DNA of 64,000 nt, taken from Candidatus Hydrogenedentota bacterium (GTDB lineage Bacteria; Hydrogenedentota; Hydrogenedentia; Hydrogenedentales; JAEUWI01). Below are positions 1 through 8,303 of the stretch, in pieces. The position numbers and the translations under genes were made by a program. Within the stretch, counting starts at the first letter, position 1. Each line of letters opens with the position of its first letter. Below the pieces are notes generated by a model. That model saw only the letters and a program-made list of their open reading frames with translations. It had not been told where the DNA came from and ran no database searches. The DNA lies in assembly GCA_034669905.1 (NCBI GenBank), contig JAXMOL010000022.1, positions 1-64,000 of the forward strand, given 5' to 3'.

Positions 1-294
1 GGTGACCTCAACTTCGCACGAATACACCACCGCCAACCAGCACGCCCCCCACCCCGGCTATCAACTGTCAACGGTCAACTGCCCATTATGAAAAAAGCAA
101 CGGTTCACACCCTCGGCTATCGTGGGACTGTCATCTCTTTCGCCCAAAGCGAAAAAGGGACTGTACCGGCAGTGTCGGTGACCCCAACTTCGCACGAATA
201 CACCACCGCCACCCAGCACGACCCCCACCCCGGCTATCAACTGTCAACGGTCAACTGCCCATTATGAAAAAAGCAACGGTTCATACCCTCGGCT
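1..294 (+). repeat. 118-bp direct duplication (1-118 and 177-294) including the first 10 codons of mtaB, separated by a GGGACTGT hairpin element
   Basis: Manual alignment shows 4 mismatches in 118 nt at a period of 176. The spacer 122-173 is GTGGGACTGTC...TTCGCCCAAAGCGAA...GGGACTGTACCGGCAGT. The duplication may extend beyond the window start. Confidence 0.9.
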
Positions 295-1550
295 GCCGCC
301 TCAATCAAAGCGAATCCGCCATCCTGGAAGAAAAACTCCGGGACGACGGCTATGACCTCGTGCCCTTTGGCGAACCCGCCGACCTCGCCATCGTCAACAC
401 CTGCACCGTCACCAACGAGGCCGACGCCAAATCCCGCAAGCTCGTGCGCCAGTTCATCCGGAAGAACCCCGGGGCCTACACGGCCGTCATTGGCTGCTAC
501 GCCCAGATGGGCGCCAACGCCCTCGCCACCATCCCCGGCGTGGACCTCATCATCGGCAACCAGGAAAAGCTCAACGTACTCGATTATGTGAAGGCCGGCA
601 AAAACGACCAGGCCCTCATCGTCCGCGACCGCATCGACCGCGACGACTTCACCATCGACTTCGCCGGCGAAGAGGCCGCCCTCAGCCGCCGCGCCAACCT
701 CAAGGTGCAGGATGGCTGCGACTTCATGTGCAGTTTTTGCGTCATCCCCTTCGCACGGGGACGCGCCCGGGCCCGGGACTTCGAAAACCTCCTCGACGAA
801 GCCCGCAGTCTGGTGGAACGGGGTGCCAAAGAAATCATCCTCACCGGCGTCAACATCGGCACCTACGACCTCGAAAATCGGGGCATCCTCGAAATCGTCG
901 ACGGACTCAACACCATCGACGGCCTCGACCGCATCCGCATCAGCTCCATCGAGCCCACTACCATCCCCCTCGAACTCTTCGACCGCATGAACGACCCCGG
1001 CCACGCCCTCCTCCCCTACCTCCACATCCCTATGCAGGCCGGGTCCAACGAAGTGCTCAGCGCCATGCGCCGCAAATACACCCGCGAAGAATTCCTCGAC
1101 TTCATCTTCCAGGCCCACGACGCCGTCCCCGGCATCGGCATTGGGTCGGACATCTTAGTCGGCTTCCCCGGCGAGACCGACGCGAATTTCGAAGACACCT
1201 GCGACGCGTTGTGGAAAAGCCCGTTGTTTTACGCCCACGTATTCAAATACTCCGAACGCGCCGGCACCGCCTCCGTGCGGATGAAAGACAAAGTCCCCGC
1301 GCCAGTAATCAACGAACGCGGCGCACGCCTGCGCAAGCTAAGCGCCGAAAAGACGCGGATGTTTTACGAGCACCAGATTGGCGAGACCCATGATGTGTTG
1401 TTCGAGCAGGCGCAGGATGGGCATTGGACCGGCTATACGGGGAACTACACGCGGGTCGCCGCCAAGAGCGATGACGACCTTACTAACGAGACCCGCCGCG
1501 TATTACTAGAAGAAGTCAGAGGCGACCTGGTGCTGGGAACGCTCGCGTAG
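264..1550 (+). CDS. mtaB: tRNA t6A37 methylthiotransferase MtaB (radical SAM)
   Basis: N-terminal TLGCRLNQSES and VNTCTVT (UPF0004 domain), radical SAM motif CDFMCSFC, RIRISSIEP and C-terminal GYTGNY typical of MtaB. Confidence 0.88.
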   Translation: MKKATVHTLGCRLNQSESAILEEKLRDDGYDLVPFGEPADLAIVNTCTVTNEADAKSRKLVRQFIRKNPGAYTAVIGCYAQMGANALATIPGVDLIIGNQEKLNVLDYVKAGKNDQALIVRDRIDRDDFTIDFAGEEAALSRRANLKVQDGCDFMCSFCVIPFARGRARARDFENLLDEARSLVERGAKEIILTGVNIGTYDLENRGILEIVDGLNTIDGLDRIRISSIEPTTIPLELFDRMNDPGHALLPYLHIPMQAGSNEVLSAMRRKYTREEFLDFIFQAHDAVPGIGIGSDILVGFPGETDANFEDTCDALWKSPLFYAHVFKYSERAGTASVRMKDKVPAPVINERGARLRKLSAEKTRMFYEHQIGETHDVLFEQAQDGHWTGYTGNYTRVAAKSDDDLTNETRRVLLEEVRGDLVLGTLA

Positions 1551-1646
1551 AATTGCATTCCAATTCTCAATTCACGATTCCAAAAAGCTGGAGACACTCC
1601 ACGGCGCTTGGGTGGTCGGCCCGCTCCCCCATAGGCTGACTCCCCG

Positions 1647-2633
1647 TTACGTACCTGAGAAATAGTCATTGGCAAGGGCGCGCACTTCATTGGCACAACC
1701 CAACGCAACGGTATAGCCACCACCACCATGGCCGTAATTGTGAATGACCGGTCTACCCTTGCCTGTCAACTCCAATTCCAGGCGGACCTGCTTCCGGCCG
1801 GGACGCAGCCCCACCGCCGTACCCAGCAGCGTACAATCACCGAGTTCGGGCAAAAATTGCTTGCACCGCTCCACGATGAGTTCCGTATCTTCCGGGCTGG
1901 CCTCTCGGTCCCACCGACCCGCTTGCGTAGTGCCCCCAAGGATGATGTCGTTCTTGCGGGGCAGTATCAAGGTGAACGCTTCCTCCTTCTGATAGACCCG
2001 AATGGAGTAATCAAAACCAGCAATCGGAGACACCGACACCACCTGCCCCCGAATGGGAAAAACACGCCCATCGTTCACAAAATGGAACGCGCCCACGCCA
2101 CTGCAATTGACGACCAAGTCGAAGTCGGGAAACAACAAATCGGGCGCTGCAACCTCCTCCACCCGAAACACCACCCCCAACCCATCCAGGCGTGCCTTCA
2201 AATAGGGCATAAACGTGGGCACATCAATGACCGGCAGCATCACCTCATAGGCTTCCGGACACGGAATTCCATACGCCGCCCCATCGATGGCCTTCCATTC
2301 GTCCACCAAATCAAGCGCATAGGCGCTATCGTCTGGATCCAGACAAAAGCGACGGTGCTTCTGAAAGCGAACCCCAGAATCCCCATCCGCGCTGAGCGCC
2401 GCATACGCCTCAAACGTCTCCCTCGACCACTTCGCCACCCGCTCCTGCGGATAGGCCTTGTGCGGCCACCAATAGGCCCCCGCCGACATCGATGTCGTCT
2501 CAGAAAACTCCTCCCGCGAATAGATGGTCACGTCATGGCCCCATTCACGAAGCTTCAGCGCGCACGTCAGCCCCATCACCCCCTGCCCCACCACCGCAAT
2601 TTTCCGTTGTGCACTAACCATAGTTTCCTTCAT
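1647..2633 (-). CDS. FAD-dependent oxidoreductase, D-amino-acid oxidase family
   Basis: VVGQGVMG dinucleotide-binding motif, TTSMSAGAYW, VNCSGVG, PIRGQ, GLRPGR and HNYGHGGGG. Confidence 0.85.
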   Translation of the reverse strand: MKETMVSAQRKIAVVGQGVMGLTCALKLREWGHDVTIYSREEFSETTSMSAGAYWWPHKAYPQERVAKWSRETFEAYAALSADGDSGVRFQKHRRFCLDPDDSAYALDLVDEWKAIDGAAYGIPCPEAYEVMLPVIDVPTFMPYLKARLDGLGVVFRVEEVAAPDLLFPDFDLVVNCSGVGAFHFVNDGRVFPIRGQVVSVSPIAGFDYSIRVYQKEEAFTLILPRKNDIILGGTTQAGRWDREASPEDTELIVERCKQFLPELGDCTLLGTAVGLRPGRKQVRLELELTGKGRPVIHNYGHGGGGYTVALGCANEVRALANDYFSGT

Positions 2634-2926
2634 CTGGACTAAACCACGCGCTCATATCTAATTCTCCACATCACATTTCAGAACAATTCTACCACCAACA
2701 GGGGGGTGACCACTCCCACCACAGCGCGTCTGCGGCCTGGTCGGCACAAGGCAACGCTCATTTTCAACAGGCACCCTATCTGAGGCCGTTGACGTACAAA
2801 TTCAAGGGGGGGCTTTGGCCCCAGACGTCACGGAACCACCGACGTAGGGGACGGCAACCGTTTCGGTTCCCATCGTGCCGAACAGGTCACAGCCGCACCT
2901 TGGGGGAGAATGCAATCCTTGTAGCA

Positions 2927-3445
2927 CTATTTCACAGACTGAAACCCGTTATCGTCCGAACTCGACACAAAATCCATTTCCCCAATGGATTCTTGCCCCC
3001 AGCAAGAGTAATCAATGAATGGCTTTTCAAACAACGCCTGGCGCTTTGACTTGGAGAAACGGAATGCGTAGCCGTGCTTGCCCCTTGGAAGTTCATTTCT
3101 GATATCGTCTGTGCGAACGATCATCAAGTGTATGGCACTCTCATCCGCAATACACACGACCAAGGCAAACAAGGAAACCATTCCAAACTGCTCTGAAAAG
3201 TGATCCAATTTTTTCAAGTGCAGCTCTTCAGCTACAACCCCTCGACTCTCTACCGATCCGCTCTTAAATTGCCGTGTCTTCACCGAGACGGCGAACCGAA
3301 GACCGCCCTTCTCCACAATCAGGTCGGCGCCAACGTGATCTACCATCGCAACTTCGTATCCTTTGCGGATTAAGGCATAGGTAACCAATCCTTCACCAAA
3401 ATCTCCCAACAACTTACGCGCTCTCGATTGCACAGTCATGGACAT
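2927..3445 (-). CDS. PD-(D/E)xK-superfamily nuclease-like protein
   Basis: LGDFGE helix, GADLIV and VSVKTR fit a restriction-endonuclease-like core. The start overlaps the upstream stop (TAATG). Confidence 0.6.
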   Translation of the reverse strand: MSMTVQSRARKLLGDFGEGLVTYALIRKGYEVAMVDHVGADLIVEKGGLRFAVSVKTRQFKSGSVESRGVVAEELHLKKLDHFSEQFGMVSLFALVVCIADESAIHLMIVRTDDIRNELPRGKHGYAFRFSKSKRQALFEKPFIDYSCWGQESIGEMDFVSSSDDNGFQSVK

Positions 3446-4167
3446 TACTCGTTTTCCTTTTGGTTATCCAATCGACGCAGAATCATATCGGAAAGCTCCA
3501 ACAAAGACTTTCCAGACATATACTCTACCCACAGACTTTGCTCACTACCATCAAGAACTCGGCCATCGCCAGCCACGCAAACGATGTTGTCGTTCGCTGC
3601 GAACAAGAATCCCCCCGGATGTTCCTTCATTTGGCACTTCGGATCGTGAGTCACAAGCAACTCACGAATATGATCGGGATGATTCCAAATTGCCAACTCG
3701 TCGGGTTCGTATCGCAGCGCTAAAAATGCAGCAACCTCAAAACAGATTTCATATGACCCGCCCCAGCGCTTATGGCGACACGAAAAGTGCGACTTGGCCG
3801 GCAAAACCGGAATCTCAAAATGACGTATTGCGGCAGCAACAAGTTGCTCTGTGGGGACTCCATCGGAGCATTGATTCATCAACGCGCAGCCATGGCCCCC
3901 TGTGCCCCCTGACCGCCAGTTTTCGACATCGCCGCCCATCGTGAATCGCCCCAAGGTCTCGTCTTCTTGCCCGTTTACTGTACAAGGCAACTTGTTGATG
4001 GCTATCCCGTAATATCCCATACCATCATGGTTAATTACCCACGGTACAATCCCATGGGACGCGTAAAAACGCTTACAAAACTCCGACGCAAGGAACCATG
4101 CCAATCCCCACGATTGTTTAGGGTCTCTCACGTTGCGCCAGTGCTCGAATTGGATGGCTGCATTCAT
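3445..4167 (-). CDS. Hypothetical protein, possibly TY-Chap2-like peptide chaperone fold
   Basis: 240-aa ORF translationally coupled to the nuclease. AWFLASEFCKR...HDGMGYYGI resembles the TY-Chap2 N-terminus from memory only. Confidence 0.4.
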   Translation of the reverse strand: MNAAIQFEHWRNVRDPKQSWGLAWFLASEFCKRFYASHGIVPWVINHDGMGYYGIAINKLPCTVNGQEDETLGRFTMGGDVENWRSGGTGGHGCALMNQCSDGVPTEQLVAAAIRHFEIPVLPAKSHFSCRHKRWGGSYEICFEVAAFLALRYEPDELAIWNHPDHIRELLVTHDPKCQMKEHPGGFLFAANDNIVCVAGDGRVLDGSEQSLWVEYMSGKSLLELSDMILRRLDNQKENE

Positions 4168-4265
4168 GATGGGCTAAGTCTACCATTTTCGGAAGGTTTT
4201 TCGACCTCGTCATACAACCGTACAGTATGCGCAAGGGGCACTACCGAATTTCTCATTCGTAATCG

Positions 4266-5141
4266 TTACTCATCTGAACGAGGCGCGGAAGCCAAATCTT
4301 TCGACATAAGTTCTCGAATTTTCCGCCTAGTCGCAAGAATCTCCCCAGGATCGAATTCGGGGAAAACATCGCCGACTAGCATAAAGATTTCTGTGCAAAA
4401 GCTGATTGCCAGCGACACGAACTCTACTATGTTTTTCTCTTCACTTGATTCAAACTCGACTTTGCTCTGCTCGAAATCCTCTCCGTGAAAAATCACACTT
4501 GAAAGGATGATGGGACCACCATGTGCAAAGTTGGAAGTAAAACTGTAGATAATCCTGTATTGATGTGCCCTCATTGGATTGTTGGACACATCGGCCAACT
4601 CCCTGACCGTTTTGCCGCACCAGGAATTCGCCCATCGAACATTATTTTTATTCTTGCCTCTCTTGCTCTTCAGCAGGAACTCTTTGAAAAACAAAGGTAC
4701 CTGCGCATCAAGTCCTCTGAACAAGTACGCATCCCCAGAGAACGAACCTCGTTGGATATCGTACTCAATAGTGTTCTTGCGGTTCAGATACTTCTGTAGC
4801 TCCCCGAACTTCAAATAACGCTGTGCCCGCTCCTCCGCACTCACGTCATCACGAAGTATCTCTTCAGTGTTTAATAGAATCTCAAATAGTGATCGTGTGA
4901 GAATTGCACCATCTTCCCAATGGTCATTCTCTGTCAGCAACCGAATGGAGCGAATCAGATTCAAAGCTCTCGTTGCCAGACCTGTCTTTATGTAGTGAAC
5001 GGAATTGCCCGTGCAATTGACGCCTTCGCCATGAACCCATTTGTTTACAACATCAATGTACTCGCCCAAGATGGAAAATATCTCTGGATGGCGCTCCAGT
5101 GCCGCTCGCTCGTGTTGTATTCTTTCTTCTTGCTCACCCAT
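4266..5141 (-). CDS. DUF5677-like helical protein (HEPN-like)
   Basis: ILTRSLFE and YRIIYSFTSNFAHG (R-x-x-x-E ... Y-x3-S-x3-H pattern) with AT-richer codons. Start moved to the ATG at 5141. Confidence 0.6.
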   Translation of the reverse strand: MGEQEERIQHERAALERHPEIFSILGEYIDVVNKWVHGEGVNCTGNSVHYIKTGLATRALNLIRSIRLLTENDHWEDGAILTRSLFEILLNTEEILRDDVSAEERAQRYLKFGELQKYLNRKNTIEYDIQRGSFSGDAYLFRGLDAQVPLFFKEFLLKSKRGKNKNNVRWANSWCGKTVRELADVSNNPMRAHQYRIIYSFTSNFAHGGPIILSSVIFHGEDFEQSKVEFESSEEKNIVEFVSLAISFCTEIFMLVGDVFPEFDPGEILATRRKIRELMSKDLASAPRSDE

Positions 5142-5330
5142 AGTAATACGTGGGTCTAGAACCCCAATCCCTTCTTTCGTACCAGCACGCCATCCGCCCT
5201 GGGGACCAACGCAACCATCAAGTTTACGTCGAGTAGACCGACACTCACCACTCATCCTCAAGCATCTTGACATGCTCCGTAGTTGACGTCGGCGATCCGG
5301 CGGGGTGATGAATACGAGCAGCCCGGAGAC

Positions 5331-5486
5331 CTAGTCTACCCCAATGTGCGTGCTCTTGGCCGGCGCGTTTTCCGCCATGGATTCGCCACGGGAACCCACA
5401 AGCTCGCGCCAGGCTGTGATCGGCACGATGACCTCCACTTCGTTGCCATCGTCATCCCTAACGAATTTTACGCCGCCAGTCGCTAT
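5331..5486 (-). pseudogene. Degenerate paralog of the antitoxin at 6101-6322, with ATA in the start position
   Basis: AGGAGG-N4-ATA then IATGGVKFVRDDDGNEVEVIVPITAWRELVG..., which aligns with MAVNEVQYITDSDGHDVGVIVPIELWREIAS. 51 codons to TAG. Confidence 0.65.
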
Positions 5487-5687
5487 AGTGCCTCCTATAG
5501 GTCCATTCTAGCATCTCTTACCCAAATTTCCACGCGCAGCCCCCGTTCCGAGAGGATCCTTTGAATGGAATGCACGGACCCACTGGACACGAGACCCTCT
5601 TCTGAGCGTTGGGTGATCGCTGCCGCAGACAAGAATGTCCGCGATCCTTTCTTGTGCTCAACCGTGTGTCGATTGCCTGAGCCGCAC

Positions 5688-5803
5688 CACGTGGAAGACT
5701 ACCATTGAGGCAACACCATGAATATGCCTCTCCCCCACCCCGGCGAAGTCCTCCAGGAACTTTGCCTTGAGCCAACGTCACCGATGCCGCCAAGGCCCTC
5801 ATG
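5688..5803 (+). pseudogene. HigB/HigA toxin-antitoxin remnant
   Basis: ...HVEDYH-stop (5688-5708) is a typical HigB C-terminus. ATG 5718 gives MNMPLPHPGEVLQELCLEP, and NVTDAAKAL follows in a shifted frame (HigA N-terminus), then truncation. Confidence 0.7.
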
Positions 5804-5862
5804 ACCTGTGGCAGGCCGAACAGCGGCGGGGGTGAGTTGGTGGTGGTCCCGCTCACGGAAGG

Positions 5863-6132
5863 TCAGTAGTGATAACGGCAGGCGATGACGCGGATACTAT
5901 CGTCGGTTACTTGGTAGACGATGCGATGCTCGGCGTCGATTCGCCTTGACCAGCACCCCGCGAGTTCGAATTTCAGGGGTTCCGGCTTGCCAACGCCTTC
6001 GAAAGGGTTGGCCCGAGTTTCTTCCAGAAGCCGGATGATCCGGAGCGCCTTCTTCCGGTCCTGCTTCACCCACCACGCCAGATCCTCAAAGGCGACGGGC
6101 TCAAATTCCAAGTTTCGCGCGCGCGTCGTCAA
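5863..6132 (-). CDS. yoeB: Txe/YoeB-family ribonuclease toxin
   Basis: AFEDLAWW, NPFEGVGKPEPLK, WSRRIDAEHRIVY and C-terminal CRYHY. Confidence 0.92.
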   Translation of the reverse strand: MTTRARNLEFEPVAFEDLAWWVKQDRKKALRIIRLLEETRANPFEGVGKPEPLKFELAGCWSRRIDAEHRIVYQVTDDSIRVIACRYHY

Positions 6133-6322
6133 GAGAAATACACCCCTCGGATCGATTCAAAGCCCCTAGCAGCCGCTCCCGCATTACGGGATTGTTCAAC
6201 AGATGCGCTGTTTCACGCTCGGACGCGATTTCCCGCCAGAGCTCAATCGGAACGATGACCCCTACATCGTGCCCATCCGAGTCGGTAATATATTGAACTT
6301 CATTTACGGCCATTGCTTTCAC
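6101..6322 (-). CDS. Antitoxin cognate to YoeB (YefM-like C-terminus)
   Basis: 73 aa, directly upstream of and overlapping the toxin, with a YefM-type ETAHLLNNPVMRERLL segment. Confidence 0.8.
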   Translation of the reverse strand: MKAMAVNEVQYITDSDGHDVGVIVPIELWREIASERETAHLLNNPVMRERLLGALNRSEGCISLDDARAKLGI

Positions 6323-6766
6323 CTCCCTTCGATCCTACCACATGTGATCTAAGGACGCCAACGGGTTATGCCGTGGTGTCCGCCTTCCACGCTGAGATAG
6401 CGTGTTAGCGGCGACTGACAATCCACTCTCCACGCCAAAATCTAATCCGCGACGTTCCTTCCTGCGCTTCGTGTCCTTCGTGGTGCGAGGAAAAACACCC
6501 CCGATCGACCCATGAGATGACCTAGGCCCAGCACCACCTGCGCCCCCACGTTTCCATAATCAAAGACAAGAATGGCAACGCCCCAGAAACCAGCGAAATC
6601 CATCGGCTACCTTATGACAGCCTGGAAGGCTATCCCACTTTGGTCCACTTCCATGACTCGCCGCCTCCCCTATCAGGCCCAACCAAACTCTGTCTCAGAC
6701 AGGTCGTAGACGTGCCGGGGCGGGAATGTCTGAGCCCCTGGATGCACGCAACCGGGTGGCTCGCCA

Positions 6767-7750
6767 CTATTCCCCCACGGCATCCCTCAAAATCTCATAG
6801 GATCGCAGCCGCGCCGCCTGGTCATACATCGCGGAAGCGACGATGAGCTCATCCACCCCCGTCCGGTCCACGAATTCTTTCACGGCCTCGCGCACATGCG
6901 CGAAGGAGCCGACGAAGGAACAGGCGAGCATGCCGTTCACGTGGTTTTTCTCGGCGGGAGACCAGTAGGCGTCGATATCGTCGATGGGCGGTTGAAGGCG
7001 TCCGGGGGTACCACGAATTAGATTGGTGAACTGTTGCTGGGCGGAGGTGAAGAGCCGTCGCGCTTCGGCCTCCGTTTCGGCGGCAAACACGCTGACACCC
7101 GCTGCGGCATAGGGCCGGTCCTGCTGAGCCGACGGCGTAAAACTTTCGCGGTAAATCTGTAGCGCGGGCATCAACTCCCGGGGTGCGAAATGGGAGGCGA
7201 AGGCATAGGGCAGTCCCATCTTCGCGGCCAATTGGGCGCCAAAGAGGCTGGAACCCAGGATCCACAGGGGGACCTTCAGGCCCGTGCCGGGGACGGCCTT
7301 GACCTTCTGCCCTTCCTGCACGTCGTCCAGATAGGCCTGCAGCTCCAAGACGTCCTGGGGGAAATGGTTGGCGTTGTCCGGGGTGCGCCGCAGGGCCCGC
7401 AGGGTGACCTGGTCGGTGCCGGGCGCGCGGCCAAGTCCGAGGTCGATGCGCCCCGGATAGAGGGATTCGAGGGTGCCGAACTGCTCCGCCACGACGAGGG
7501 GCGCGTGATTGGGCAGCATGATGCCTCCAGCACCCACACGGATGGTCTTCGTCCCGCCTGCCACGTAACCGATGGCGACGGCCGTGGCCGCGCTGGCGAT
7601 GCCGACCATATTGTGGTGCTCTGCGAGCCAGAAACGGTGATAGCCCAGGCCCTCGGCATGTTGGGCCAGGGCCAGAGAATTCCGGAGCGCGTCGGCGGGC
7701 GTGGCGCCCTCCGACACAAAGGCGAGATCAAGTATGGAAAGACGTGTCAT
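6767..7750 (-). CDS. LLM-class flavin-dependent oxidoreductase (luciferase-like monooxygenase)
   Basis: [34 protein letters not shown] and [12 protein letters not shown]. Confidence 0.9.
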   Translation of the reverse strand: MTRLSILDLAFVSEGATPADALRNSLALAQHAEGLGYHRFWLAEHHNMVGIASAATAVAIGYVAGGTKTIRVGAGGIMLPNHAPLVVAEQFGTLESLYPGRIDLGLGRAPGTDQVTLRALRRTPDNANHFPQDVLELQAYLDDVQEGQKVKAVPGTGLKVPLWILGSSLFGAQLAAKMGLPYAFASHFAPRELMPALQIYRESFTPSAQQDRPYAAAGVSVFAAETEAEARRLFTSAQQQFTNLIRGTPGRLQPPIDDIDAYWSPAEKNHVNGMLACSFVGSFAHVREAVKEFVDRTGVDELIVASAMYDQAARLRSYEILRDAVGE

Positions 7751-8303
7751 GGGTACTACCTCTTTACTTCCCTTCGTTTCCTATGATGATGGAGTGTACC
7801 TTAGTTGACGGGCTACCCGTCGAGTTTTTGGTATCGATGGGTCACGACGCGGCCCTTCTCTACACCCCATCGTCGGGACCTTCCCGTCCCTGAGGGACTG
7901 TCTCGGAATCGTGGGCCCCGTGACGACAATCGCACTTGATATGCCTCGAAGACCCCATACGAGGCGTGTACATGACGACACCCGTGACTAACCCCTTCGT
8001 TGGCGAAATACACCGCGCAACAGGCCTCCATATCGCGCTGAACGCCCGCACTTTCACCTCCCAGTCCCAGGGAGCTCAGACAGGCTTCGCCCCTGCTCAA
8101 GAAAGCTCCGCATTTTTTATGACGCTATCTGGAGCAATTCATGCTATCTTAGTAATCACCGATCCCGCAATCTGCCAGAATAGCGTAGGTGTACTCCAGT
8201 GTTCTGTATACCCTTACCTTCACCGTCGCGATTCTTTTCATCCTACTTGCAAGAAGCCGTTTAATCGACGCATGGCCTGGGAGGCCCAACAGAGGAGAGA
8301 AAA

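Noticed and set aside
5240..5330. ILKHL...DEYEQ fragment resembling an IS91-like transposase C-terminus
   Set aside because: It is too short, interrupted by a stop, and no other transposase motifs or ends are nearby.
6468..6485. CTTCGTGTCCTTCGTGGT short tandem motif
   Set aside because: It is a single short occurrence in this window, not enough to call an element.
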